64,000 nt of DNA, taken from NCBI RefSeq assembly GCF_033153115.1, contig NW_026889796.1:12834001-12898000 (forward strand), written 5' to 3'. The stretch is from Saccostrea echinata. Its lineage: Eukaryota. Position 1 is the stretch's first letter. Each line of letters opens with the position of its first letter. Shown here one piece after another: positions 1-11,953 of this stretch. The position numbers and the translations under genes were made by a program. The notes under the pieces were generated by a model. That model was not told where the DNA came from. It ran no database searches and saw only the letters and a program-made list of their open reading frames with translations.

Positions 1-1216
1 GAGGACAAAGCTTGATAAAAGTAGGGGACTCTGACAATGGTAATGAAGTTCCACTCCAAAATGCATGTAATACTCTATATTCCAAACTATTTCTACTTAA
101 TGAGCATTCAAATGCCCCTCTGAATAGTATATTTATTGATCTGGATTCCAATAAGCAGGAAGGACCACGACCGTATAAACCCATGAGCTGCTGAAGCAAA
201 TCGCACTGTACGGTTCCTTCAACTTTTCCTAGAAACATATTGTTCTGAGGAATGAAGAAATTTGGACACACGCCATGATACACGTAATTTATGACGGTTT
301 GAAAACAGACCCAGAAGCATTTGATGAGATTTCGTGGGCACCAATTCTGTACAATATTTTCTTGAACTATCCAGAATAATGTTGTTTTCAAATGATATGA
401 ACATAGAACTTTGTCTTGAGTAGTCTTTTTATTTATGACCTCTTCTAAAAACAGCTTAAGAAGCCCGTAACACAAGAACTGACAGTGATTCATAGAAAAC
501 ACCAGGATGTGCTCTGCAGATGAAAAAGAAATCCTCCATTCAACGTCTTCGTACGAGGATAATTTATGACCAATTGCTACAGCATGACACCCACTGCTTA
601 AGATTTTGCCTAGTGTAGCAATTGATGGCCATGTTTTATTTTCACATCTCTCAATCCATGACAAGGCTTGTGTGGGCCATACGTCGGACACAAAACAGTA
701 TGCATGGTCATATTTTTGATTTGTCACATCACATGTTCTACTCGCGCATGGACCATTCGATTCATCTTGTGGATTGCCATGATGATGAAGCATCAACTCC
801 CTGTATTTACTGCTTGATACGTATAAAGCATTATTTTCTTCAATGCATGCAAGATAAACCTTGTAACGGTTGGTATTATTCAGCAATCGAAGAAGAACAA
901 AACCAGGAGGACAGTGTTCACTCTCCATTAAGATCAATGTATTGTTTGTGGATTCATAAAGCTCAGCTTGAGATAAAATAGATATCAATTTGTGATCTAA
1001 CGGCCACTGCATTAAGTCAAAGTCTGTTGACTCTAGCCGGTATCCTTCTCGTGTGCTACCACTGATCATACTCTTATCAACTTCATTTCTTATCACGTGT
1101 TCAATTATGTCTCTCAGTTGTACTAAGTCTCTTCTCATTTTCACTATTTCACTACTACCAAGCCCGATATTTAGTCCAAAGTAAAGAGCCTCTGAAGCAA
1201 GCTGTAAATTTGTCAT
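1..1216 (-). CDS. Mab-21 domain nucleotidyltransferase, cGAS-like receptor (cGLR); 3' part lies outside the window
   Basis: Hand translation from ATG 1216 is open for 405 codons to the window edge, and a T-tract/AG acceptor sits just upstream of the ATG. Motifs: SGSTREGYRLESTDFDLM (NTase GS...DhD), CPPGFVLL, KYDHAYCF (third acidic residue), GCHAVAIG, EWRISFSSAE, QFLCYGLLKLFL, LCSYHLKTTLFW, CPNFFIPQNNMF. Probably missed by the ORF track because it has no stop inside the window. Confidence 0.93.
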   Translation of the reverse strand, partial: MTNLQLASEALYFGLNIGLGSSEIVKMRRDLVQLRDIIEHVIRNEVDKSMISGSTREGYRLESTDFDLMQWPLDHKLISILSQAELYESTNNTLILMESEHCPPGFVLLRLLNNTNRYKVYLACIEENNALYVSSSKYRELMLHHHGNPQDESNGPCASRTCDVTNQKYDHAYCFVSDVWPTQALSWIERCENKTWPSIATLGKILSSGCHAVAIGHKLSSYEDVEWRISFSSAEHILVFSMNHCQFLCYGLLKLFLEEVINKKTTQDKVLCSYHLKTTLFWIVQENIVQNWCPRNLIKCFWVCFQTVINYVYHGVCPNFFIPQNNMFLGKVEGTVQCDLLQQLMGLYGRGPSCLLESRSINILFRGAFECSLSRNSLEYRVLHAFWSGTSLPLSESPTFIKLCP

Positions 1217-1710
1217 TCTCTAAAAAAAAATTAGTTATTATATGGCTACTTTGTTCATTTTAAAGAGTTTGTATTTACATCCAGTTACGAAAATGCAATG
1301 CAGTTCATTAACTAAAAACATTGCAAGCTAAATCTTAATTTCGCAAACAATCACTTTATTCATTCATTTATTTATATTTTTATTTTAAAAAGTTCCATGT
1401 TCTTATGTTTGGATTCTTAGCAAGACGAGATCCGAGAATTTTTTCTTCATCAAAGAATACGTGTGAGCTATGCATTATGCTATATAAACCTGAAGTCTGA
1501 CCAAACTCAACACTTAGACTGTAGCTGGTGACGACTGGTGAAAAATGTCATATACGTTCTTTAAAGTTTGGTTAATTATGATCAAATATGAATATCCTTC
1601 ACCGTTTTTGAGGCAAATCAACTTAAATGTATTGTCAATGAAATATATGGAGATAACCAACAGTATTCAAGCTCAAAATTTAAAATAATAATGATGCATT
1701 TCATTTTCTT

Positions 1711-3290
1711 AATGTTGAACAGGAAATTTGATAGATTCTTCGAATTTATAAATAAAATAATATATTTATAATATAAAATCTGCCGATCTTACTGGCAGCA
1801 CCTTGCGATAGTAACCAGCAAATGAGGAAGAAAATTACATTGATATTGGTACCGGTTAGAAATAGCTATCCATTTTTATCTATATTTCTCTTAATCAATT
1901 TCTGAATTACCCCCTCCCCCCCCCCCAAGATATCTTTACAATATTACTTTACTTTAACTTATTTTATTAACATTACACATTATTATTTATATTACACTTC
2001 ACATTGATTAAAACTGACTCAAAAATAGTAGTGTTGGACTTCCCTAAACTACGTTATATTTATGCCACTTTAAGGCTCCAAGGAACATAGAACTTAATTA
2101 GCATGGATAGCTTTCATCAGCTAAAAAAATCATTATTTAGATATGTCCGAAATATTTCTTTTATTTTTTAACCTTATATAGCTCAAAAGAATGAACAAAA
2201 ACAAGAACGAAGAAAATATACACGTACATGTTACAGTTCGTATGTTTTCGAAAATACAATTCTTTATAAAAGTAATAACCTTATCAAAATATTTTAGGCA
2301 ACTGATATAAAAGTGATATAAAACTTTTCTTACATCCGGAGAAATCTTGCTCTTTTTTCTCCGGTCTAGTTTAAGGCAGAAGTCGATCAAAGCGCAATTT
2401 ACACTATCTTTGATATTCCCATAAGCGTAGTGCAGTAATGTCAGCAGCTTTGAGGAAATTCTAAATTTCACATGTTTAAAATTAAAACTAGAAACTTTAA
2501 AATTCCTAAGAGAAGATTTGGAACTTTTTTTAAACTTTTTTCTTTAGGGAGAGGGGGCCAATATATTATTTGCCCAGAAATAAAAATGAAAAAAAAAGAA
2601 TATATCTTTTAAAAAGCGCAATTTAAACTAATCTTTGATATTCCTATAAGTGTGGTGCAGTGCGATTAATGTCAACATCTTTGAATAAATTCTAAATTTC
2701 ACATGTTTAAAATTAAAACTAGAAACTTTTAAACTTTTTAAATTCCTAAGAGAACCTTTAGAACCTTTTCAATCTTTTTCCCCCTCCTTAAAGAAAAAAA
2801 GTTTGAAAAAAGCTCCAAATGTTCTCTTAGTAATTTATCTTTATCTAATTTATCATTATCTAAATAATAGGTTTTTTTTCAGCTGATGAAAGCTATCCAT
2901 GCTAATTAAGTTCTATGTTCCTTGGAGCCTTATAGTGGCATAAATATAACGTAGTTTAGGGAAGTCCAACATTTCTATTTTTGATTCAGTTTTTATCAAG
3001 TGTAATATAAATAATAATGTGTTATGTTAATAAAAATAAGTTTCATGTAAAGGTCTCTTGGGGAAGGGGGGGGGGGGGTACTCTGAAATCGATTAAGAGA
3101 AATATAGGTAAAAATTAATAGCTATTTCTGACCGGTAGCAATATCAATGTAATCTTCTTCCTCACTTGCTGGTTACTGGTATAAAACTATCGCAAAGTAC
3201 TGTCAGTATGAACAGCAGATTTTATAATGTAAGTATAATATTAATTTATCTATAAATGCGAAGATTCTATTAAATTTCCTGTTCAACATT
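1711..3290. mobile_element. Foldback/MITE-like element with about 420-bp terminal inverted repeats
   Basis: About 1711-2132 (aatgttgaacaggaaattt...catggatagctttcatcagct) is the reverse complement of about 2870-3290 (agctgatgaaagctatccatg...aaatttcctgttcaacatt). The spacer contains a direct duplication (about 2391-2540 vs 2614-2780). No TSD resolved. Confidence 0.75.
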
Positions 3291-3291
3291 G

Positions 3292-3294
<3 letters not shown>

Positions 3295-3380
<86 letters not shown>
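3295..3380. repeat. (TA)n microsatellite
   Basis: Pure TA run. Confidence 0.98.
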
Positions 3381-3382
<2 letters not shown>

Positions 3383-4124
3383 CCTGCCACTCAATGGACT
3401 GCCCCCGGATATTTCTTAGGATATACATTTGTTTAAGTTTCTCTTCTTCTCCGATATGCAGCTTGTTCTGGTCGTCTTCTATTCCAACTCCTTTTCTGTC
3501 AATCACTATTCTGAAAAACACTTTAGTTTTACTGATATTTGTGATTTTTCCTATTTAAATGCGCATACACTAATATTTAAATCGCCCTTCTTTAGTATTT
3601 TTGCATTGAGTGATCTTTTCCAATATGGTGGTACATGTACATGTATATCCTGCTCGCTGATGATTCTGTTGAACAGTATTGCTAATTCTGATATTGTAAA
3701 CGTTATACTTTCTTTAAATAATTCTGCTTTGATGTTATCTTTGCCAGGGCTTTTTCAATTTTCTATTTCAAGGATTGCCTTCTTAACTTCTTCTCTTATT
3801 GGCAATGTATCGATTTCTGTATATGTACTCACCTGAATGATACATTCTGAAGGATTTGTTTGAACTCCCCCAAAGAGCTCTTGAAAACTTTCTAATATGT
3901 TTCCATCCTTGAGTAGCTCGCCATTTTTTTTATCTTACGCCACTTGTTCTGCTTCTTTTCTTTCCACGGAGCTGTTTAGTCGGTTAGTACGCTTAGCTCA
4001 GATAGTTGCGTTTGCTGCATTTTCTGCCTTTCATGCTAAATATTCTGTGTTTCTCCTTTTATTCGCACAAGGTCTTCTTTTAACCTTTTTATCCTTTGCT
4101 TTATATTCTTCTTTCTTATCTTCC

Positions 4125-4178
<54 letters not shown>

Positions 4179-5570
4179 CTTCGTTCAATTTCTTTCTTTC
4201 ATCTATGTTGAAGGAATGTTTCGTTGGTGAGCCAGTCCTAATGTTTCCACTCTCTCTCACTTCATAGATTTTTTCTGCTGTTTCGTTACATATTTCTTTC
4301 ACTTGGGTCCACTTTTCTTGACTGTGTTTTCCTCTTCTGACAGTTGTTGGAACCTGTTTTTTTTTTCAATTTGGAATCTTCTGTATACTCTTGGTTCTTT
4401 TCAGTCAGCCGACATCATACATTTTCCTGATATTTGCTCTTGGCATTATGCCAACCTTTCTTACTTCCGTCATTTATAAGATGGTGATCTGAACTGATAT
4501 CTGCACCACGCATACAGGATCGATCGTATATCTGCAAATGTTTTATTTCTCATGTACATCAAAGTGTTTAAAGAGAGTTCCAAGTTGTTTAGGCTTACAT
4601 TTCAGCTAACCTCACCCCATTTTCATTCATAGTGCCTATTCATTCTTGTTCCATGAGACTTTCCAACTTTAAACATTTGCATTGCCTATCACTATTAATA
4701 CGTCATGTTTCAGTATGTTTCGGTATGTTTACAATCTCTCTTTGTAGTTGTTCATAAAAGATGACCTTATCTGTTTCATCTGCGTCAATTGTTGGACTGT
4801 ATATCTGCATCATAGTCATTTCAGCAAAACGAGAGAGAAAAAGTGTGCAGTGCTGATTCTATTGACAGGATTCCACTCAATCCGTCTTAGATCATTGAGT
4901 GTAAAACCTCCTCCTCTATGTTTCTCAGCTCCAGAGTACAAGATGGTTACTCCTGATGTTGTCCTTAGTTCGCCAAAGAATGTCCATCTTACTTCACTTG
5001 GTCCAATTATGTCGATGTTATAGCTGTTGATCTCTCTTATGATGTTACATGTTTTCCGACTTCAAAAATTGTTCTAACATTCCAACAATCTATCTTGATG
5101 ATGTTCTCGGGTGTCGTGATGAATGGCATTCGAATTCCTTCCAGGCCATTGAAGACCTTTCTGATTGATTTCTAATAGCCATCATACTGTCGGGTTCCCA
5201 ATGAAGATAATCTTTGTTAGAAATGTCGCATAGCCCTTCCTGTAGTAGTGTTGTTTGTTGTAGCGGTTTCCGGAATCATCTGTTTATGAAAGGAGGTGCC
5301 GAACCACCATCTTCATGTCCAGAGGACAAATATATCAGTTTATAACGCTCCCTACAAACCGGGTTTATGATCAGAGTTTCCTCTCCCAGATGAGATCCCA
5401 GCCAAGGCTGCCGAGCCTGTTCTTCCTGGGCGCCCTTGGGAAGTCAGTCTGGGGCCGTATGGTATCAAGCATCTATCTGCCTCCACGAGGAGGCATCGCA
5501 AAGGACTTGTGGAGAGGCTATGTACTTGTAAAGGAACACTTACATTTGGCCCCTTTTCTGCTAGCAAGCG
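3381..5570 (-). mobile_element. Decayed RTE-clade non-LTR retrotransposon (5' UTR, AP-endonuclease, start of RT), truncated at the TA repeat
   Basis: Minus-strand fragments CWNVRTIF, YNIDIIGPSEVRW, TTSGVTILYSG (endonuclease) and KILKKGDL, KVFFRIVIDR, QMYILRNI...QSIEWQ (start of RT), with many frameshifts and stops. An internal (CT)n run lies at 4131-4172. Confidence 0.75.
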
Positions 5571-6682
5571 TGAGAGCTTAAAGCGAGAGGTGAAAAGCAC
5601 ACAGACACTTATACCAACACATTACACGCATCGCACATTCTTTAGCAGACGCATAAGCCAATCTACTTCAAATAAACATTAGATGAGACGGTTTTCAATA
5701 AATATTGCCATTGTCTTTCTTATCAAATATTAAATAAATTCAGGAATTTTCAGACCTAAATTTTTAACTTATACCAAACCAGCAGCTGACGAGTGTTAAA
5801 GCTATCATCATTTCAAAAGTATAATCCGGTTTGTATGAATTTTCAAAACATGACAATGTACTTCATAAAATTTTATCAACAACATCGATGTTTGGTATCT
5901 GCTGTCAAATGATATTGTTATATCAAAATGTACTTTTGTATAAATGAAGGAAAGAATAAAATAAAAACAAATCATAGGATTGGTTTGACTGTTTGTATAG
6001 AAAATCTTTAAACATACAACTGAATCATGACAGGAGAAATTAAAAGTCATAGGGTGCACAAATGTACTATGTATATTAATAAAATTGCACTTTTCAGTCT
6101 GTTTGAAAAAGTAAAATACACGGATAGGATTGTCCTTCCTTCAAAAAAATATCCTGTTCGTGCAAAATGTAATCAATTTTTATATCTCAAATCGAGTGTT
6201 ATCATCATTTTGTCTCTCTTAAAAGAGCCATATGAATTGAAAAAATATATAATTTTTTTTATTAATCAAAATTAATTTAGTCGCTATATATATTGCATTG
6301 CAATTGATCTTGAGACATCTTACACGAAAGGTAACACACACTTTGGTCGTAAAATGATACAAGTTTATTTTGTAATCGTTTTTGCAGCGTCCTGTGGCGT
6401 TCTAGCAGCCGCACTGACGCAATTTGAACAAAACTTCTTAGATGTAAGTATAACTTCAAATTTTTAACAACTCCTCTTCCATTTATATATAGAATTAAAA
6501 GAAAATTAACACTCTGAAGCACCCTGACGCTGTTTGAACAAAAGGGGTATTTTTTAAAGATATAATTGTAGCCTGAAATCGTTTACATCATGTTTGCTTC
6601 ATTTAATCTTTTTTTCTTTTTTTTAACAAAATGTCGAACCGTATCATGTTATTTCTCGTTGTGTTATTTTCCTATGTGCAAG

Positions 6683-8326
6683 GCCCATAACGCTAAACGA
6701 CGGAGCGTGGTGCCAACAGCTTCTAACATGATAGAACTGGTGAGTAAAATTTTTACAAAATTCATCATTTTTTATATAATTGACGCGTATTCAAGTCTCT
6801 ACTACATGTAGCTATAATATAAATAAAAGTTACTAAATATACGTTATTATTAGACAGTTAAATCATACGTAGATGAAATACCGTTACACATTCAAGATTA
6901 TAGGCGCCGGTAGGTCAAAAAATCGAATGCCTTAAATTTTTTGCAGAATATGCTAAATACATGTTTTAGTTTTTAATTTTATATTTTTAATATTCATTGA
7001 ATAGAAATGGAGTGCAGAGTTGGCGTCTGTGGCCGAGAACTATTCCAGGAAGTGCGTGTATGGACATAATCCAAACAAATATGATGAGGCACCAAGCTTT
7101 AAACGAGTGGGAGAAAACCTACGTTATTCTACAAGTAAGGATTCTTTAAATCTTTTCCATGTATTCTTCTATCTAGTTTCACACTTGGCAAATTTAAAAT
7201 CTTCTATATTAATGTTAAGTTATATATAAAAAAACAAAAATACATTGTATAAAACTACATGTAATAACAACTAAATACATGTAGCTGCAATGATATAGCC
7301 CTCTCAATTTTTTTAAAATAATTTTTTTGTTTATTTATTTATTTATTTATTTTTAAATCAGATATTTAAAAAAAAATCGGAGACGGCTACATTATTGCAG
7401 CTAAAATACATGCAATTTTAAAAGCTGAATCAAATAATTCTAATATAAGTCATTATTAAAAAAATGTCATCCAGTAGATGAATATGCACTGAAATTAATT
7501 AAACATTTGAACAAATGTTAAACATTTATTTCACAGGAGAAGAAACTCCTTTGGAAGTTGTCAGTAGCTGGGATGATGAAAGAATTGATTACAATTACAA
7601 TGCCAATACGTGTGCTCCTGATAAGAAGTGCGGGCATTACACTCAGGTTAGATTGAACAATTTTGAGAAGAAGTGACAAAGAATTTGTTTTATTCATTTT
7701 TTAAAGAAACTATGTAAAAAATTTCGCTGTCCTTTGAAGGTGGCATGGGCGGAGACTGAATACGTGGGATGTGCTGTAACCAAGTGTACACCTCTGGTAG
7801 GAAAGTCCGACTCCGCCTACTACTATGTCTGCAATTATGGCGAACGGTAAAAAAAAATAATATAATAGTATATGAACGAAAATGTATTCAATATAAGTGA
7901 AATTTTGCTAAGAAAAGGGAATCAATCCATCCACCATCTGTATTACAATGTGATACATGTAGGACAATTTACTTGGAAGATGTTGTAACTAAAAATATCT
8001 CCCATCTATCACCTTCTTTCTAAGTTGAAAAACAGTGTATCAGCTAATATATATTCTAATCATTCAATTATTGTTATGTATGTATGTTTGTTTGTTTGTT
8101 GTTATTTTGGAGTTTTTTTGGTTAGGGAAATCATACTTACTTACTTACTTAGGCCTCTTCATGCCATGTGGCACATAAGGCAGCTAGGGAAATCATCCCT
8201 GTAAATTATTATGCCTTTTTTATTATTAGTGGGAACATGAATGGAAATCGGCCTTATATTTCGGGTACACCTTGTAGTCAATGTCCTTCGGGATATACCT
8301 GTAGTAATAAACTATGTCGCCTGTAA
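6683..8326 (+). CDS. CAP superfamily protein (PI16/GLIPR1-like); first (signal peptide) exon not identified
   Basis: Phase-compatible GT-AG exons 6683-6739, 7005-7134, 7537-7646, 7740-7846, 8230-8326 give AHNAKRR...KWSAELA...GHNP...VGENL...WDDE...CGHYTQVAWAETEYVGCA...YYVCNYGERGNM...PCSQCPSGYTCSNKLCRL*. All four CAP signature motifs and the Cys hinge are present. Confidence 0.9.
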
Positions 8327-8418
8327 ATGTGGGTTGTGTACAAGTAAGTCTATTTTTTATTTTACTAATAATATAAAAATGTTCTTCACAATCATGTTTT
8401 GCAGCCACTTAATGTAAA

Positions 8419-11400
8419 GTAGTGCGCCGCGTGAATGGCCGCACATTTTTGCTCTCTGCTATTATCAATTATTTTTGTGTTATATTGCGCGCAATTCTGT
8501 GGATTTTTATATCAGCATGTTGGTAAAGACTTCAAGAACAAGATTCACTTGTTCGTTTGCGGATATTTTAGCATTCTTGTGCATATTTTATGAATTTATA
8601 TTCAAACTTTTGTCGGTGAACCAGGGTGAGTTGAAATCATGCAAAGTGCTGACCGTAACTCCTATTGTGTACACCCCTGCCGAGCTAAAGTCGCTCAGGT
8701 ATAACAATACCATGTCGTCTGTCAGACTTAATGAAAATGTAATGCATAAAATAAAATTATTTGGAATTAAACAGCGCTATCGTGGTCACAGATCAAGACG
8801 AAGGAAACCGAAACAAAAAGACTGGAACACGGGAGTTCATTTAGATTTGTTAAGACCACTTAGCAGAAGGCTAATTGATTACTCAATAGACAGAAATCTC
8901 TCATTCGCGGTTGTAAACACGCAATCAATATATAATAAAGTCGAGGAATTCATTCATCACATTATAGAAAACAAACTAGATATTTGTTGTGTTACTGAAA
9001 CTTGGTTAATCGACAGTAATCCGAAACACAGAATTGTGAGATCTGATCTAAATATAACTGGATATACCTTTATTGATGTACCCCGAAAATCCCGATCTGG
9101 TGGCGGAACTGGAATTCTATTTAGAGACACACTTCAAATCAAAGTAACTGACTCTTGTCAAAAAGATGCATTCGAACACTCTTTGTTTGAACTAGCTTTT
9201 AATTCCACGACTATACATATTTTGGTTGTATATCGTCCCCCATACTCGAAAGCCCATCCAGTGTCTACGGCGAAATTCTTTGACGAATTTACACCCTCTC
9301 TTGAAGAAATATTGTCAACCCATCGCACAGTTATAATTACAGGAGACTTTAATATTCATTATAATAAAACTAATGACTAAGACACGATCGCTCTAAATGA
9401 AATGTGCAATGACATGGGTTTAGTGCAACTTGTCAACTGCCAAACGCATCGATCTGGAAACATACTTGATCTGATCATGATCCAAAACAACGACAAAATA
9501 GTGTTGTCTGAACCGACCGAAAATTTTCAGATAAGTGACCACTGTTTCATTCATACATATATATCTCTTCCTAAGCCTAAGGTAACAAGGGAAATCAGAA
9601 AAGTTAGAAAACTAAAGGACATAGATGAAACGCAATTTCAGGCGGATCTAATCCAATTCAACGAAAGTGCCACCAAATATGAAAATTTAGAAGATACAGC
9701 AAAGTTTTACAATTCCGAACTCAGAAATATTTTAGACAAACACGCTCCGGAAAAAGAGAAAATTGTGACTATTCGACCTTCCCTACCATGGTTTACAGAA
9801 GAATCGCGTCTCCTTAAAACACGTTGCAGGTCAGCGGAACGAAGATGGAGAGGAAACAAGACCCCGGTTAATGACCACGCCTTCCGATGTGCTAAACGAG
9901 CCTACAGGAAAAATCTCAGATACAACAAGTATCAGCATATTAACTCAAACATAGCCGAATGTGGAAATGATTCTTCAAAAATGTATGAATTAATATTTGG
10001 ATTGATTGGCAGAAAAAACTGCAATCCTATGCCACTTAACGCCAGCGACGCATCACTGGCGGAGGAATTCAGTTCCTTCTTTATGGATAAAATTTTAGCC
10101 ATTCGCAAAAGTTTAGACGATTTTGAAAAATTTGACCCAAACCTCGGACTTAAATGTACACAAGAGTTTAATTCCTTTGATCCAGTTTCAGATGAGGATG
10201 TTTTACGTGTGATTAAAAGTTCAAAGCCCACTACCTGCCCAACTGACCCAATACCGTCAAAATTAATCAAACAATTTTCTGATGTGTTATTGCCAACAAT
10301 TGTTTTCATAGTTAATAAATCACTAACATCTGGTTTATTCGCTAATGAATGGAAAACTGTTATAGTTCGACCCTTGTTAAAAAAAAGTGGTTTAGATGTG
10401 ATTTTGAAAAACTATCGTCCTGTAAGCAATTTAAGTTTTATATCAAAAATTGTGGGAAAATGTGCTCTGAACCAATTTATGAAATATCTGGAACCAAACA
10501 GATTACTACCTAGCTATCAAAGTGCATATAGAAGAGGGTTCAGTACCGAAACAGCTCTCCTGAAACTGTCATCAGACATTCTGTGGAAAATGGAAAAACA
10601 GGAAGTTACTGCCTTAGTCGCATTGGATCTCTCTGCTGCATTCGACACAGTCGACCATGCCATACTTAGCAACGTGTTAGAAACTACTTTCGGAGTATCT
10701 GAAGTGGCTCTTCATTGGTTTCAATCATACCTTTCGTTCAGAAAAGCCGAAGTGCATATCAACGCGTCTAAATCACAGCCTAGATGTCTGGACTTTTCGG
10801 TACCGCAAGGCAGCATATGCGGACCTGTGTTACAAATGTATATACCGTGTACGCGAGTACGCTACAACATTACATCAAAGACTCGGGTGTGTCATTATTA
10901 GGTTACGCAGATGACCACTCTGCATACGATAGTTTTAATCCGAAGATTTTCGCTGATGAGAAACGTGTAACAACAAATTTAGAAAAAGTATTGGTTACCA
11001 TCAATGACTGGATGAATCTGAATAGACTAAAACTTAACCCTAGTAAAACTGAATTTGTACTATTTGGCAGTCAACAGATGTTATCTCTATCATCTTCCAT
11101 TTCCCTTAATGTAGTGGATACGGATGTTAATTCATCTCCTTGTATCAAATATCTTGGATGTTATTTGGACGAAAATTTAACTTTCAAAAAATTTGTCAGT
11201 GAAAAATGCAAAACAATTTCATTGAATTTGTACTTGATTAAACAAATTCGCCAATATCTTAGTGATGATTCGTGTAAACAAATTGTACAGTCCCTTGTCA
11301 CTAGCCATTTAGATTATGCAAATAGTGTCCTGTACGGATTGCCAGAGTGTACCATTAAAAGACTACAGCTGTTGCAAAATCGTGCTGCAAAGCTTGTGTT

Positions 11401-11953
11401 GAAGCTGAGGTCTACGGATAGTTCTACTGAAGCACTCAAACGACTACACTGGCTACCGGTACACTACCGCATTAAATTCAAACTTGCATGCATTGTCTTC
11501 AAGTGCATTAACGACAGTGACAGCCCACAGTATCTTAAAGAAATGCTCAGTTTACGAACATCATCATATAGCATTCGATCCGTAAATTCTGCAGCGAAAA
11601 CATTGAACGTCCCGTCCGTAAGACGCAAAACTTTTGTGGTCTTTCGCGGTAGCTGGACCTTCGATTTGGAATGATTTGCCAACGAACGTTCGAATGTTAA
11701 CTGATTTCTGTATTTCTAAACGACATCTCAAGGCGTTTTACTACACATGTGCATTTAAATAACATTTAATTGTGAACACTAGTATATTTTATTTAAACAG
11801 CCAGTGATCATTTAGACTTTATTTGATATTTTAACATATGCATTGTTTTTTTTTATTATATGTATGTATTTTATTGTATGTACAGCGCCAATGATTGCAT
11901 ATCGTATGTAAAATTGAGCGCTTTAACAAATTTTTAATAATAAATAATAATAA
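8419..11953 (+). mobile_element. Near full-length LINE (CR1/L2-like, EN+RT), inactivated
   Basis: ORFs 8475-9380 and 9402-10901 are in the same frame, separated by one TAA. A frameshift near 10830 leads into 10784-11674. Motifs: VNTQSI, CCVTETWL, GGGTG, VYRPP, TGDFNIH, SDH, NYRPVSNL, LDLSAAFDTVDH, VPQGS, YADD, LNPSKTE, LHWLPV. Ends in an (AAT)-like tail. Confidence 0.92.

Noticed and set aside
12-981. ORF-track entries 12-194, 219-404 and 622-981
   Set aside because: Shadow frames of the cGLR coding sequence.
3203-4302. ORFs with YIYI, ERER or SLSL runs
   Set aside because: Translations of (TA)n and (CT)n microsatellites and of decayed RTE sequence.
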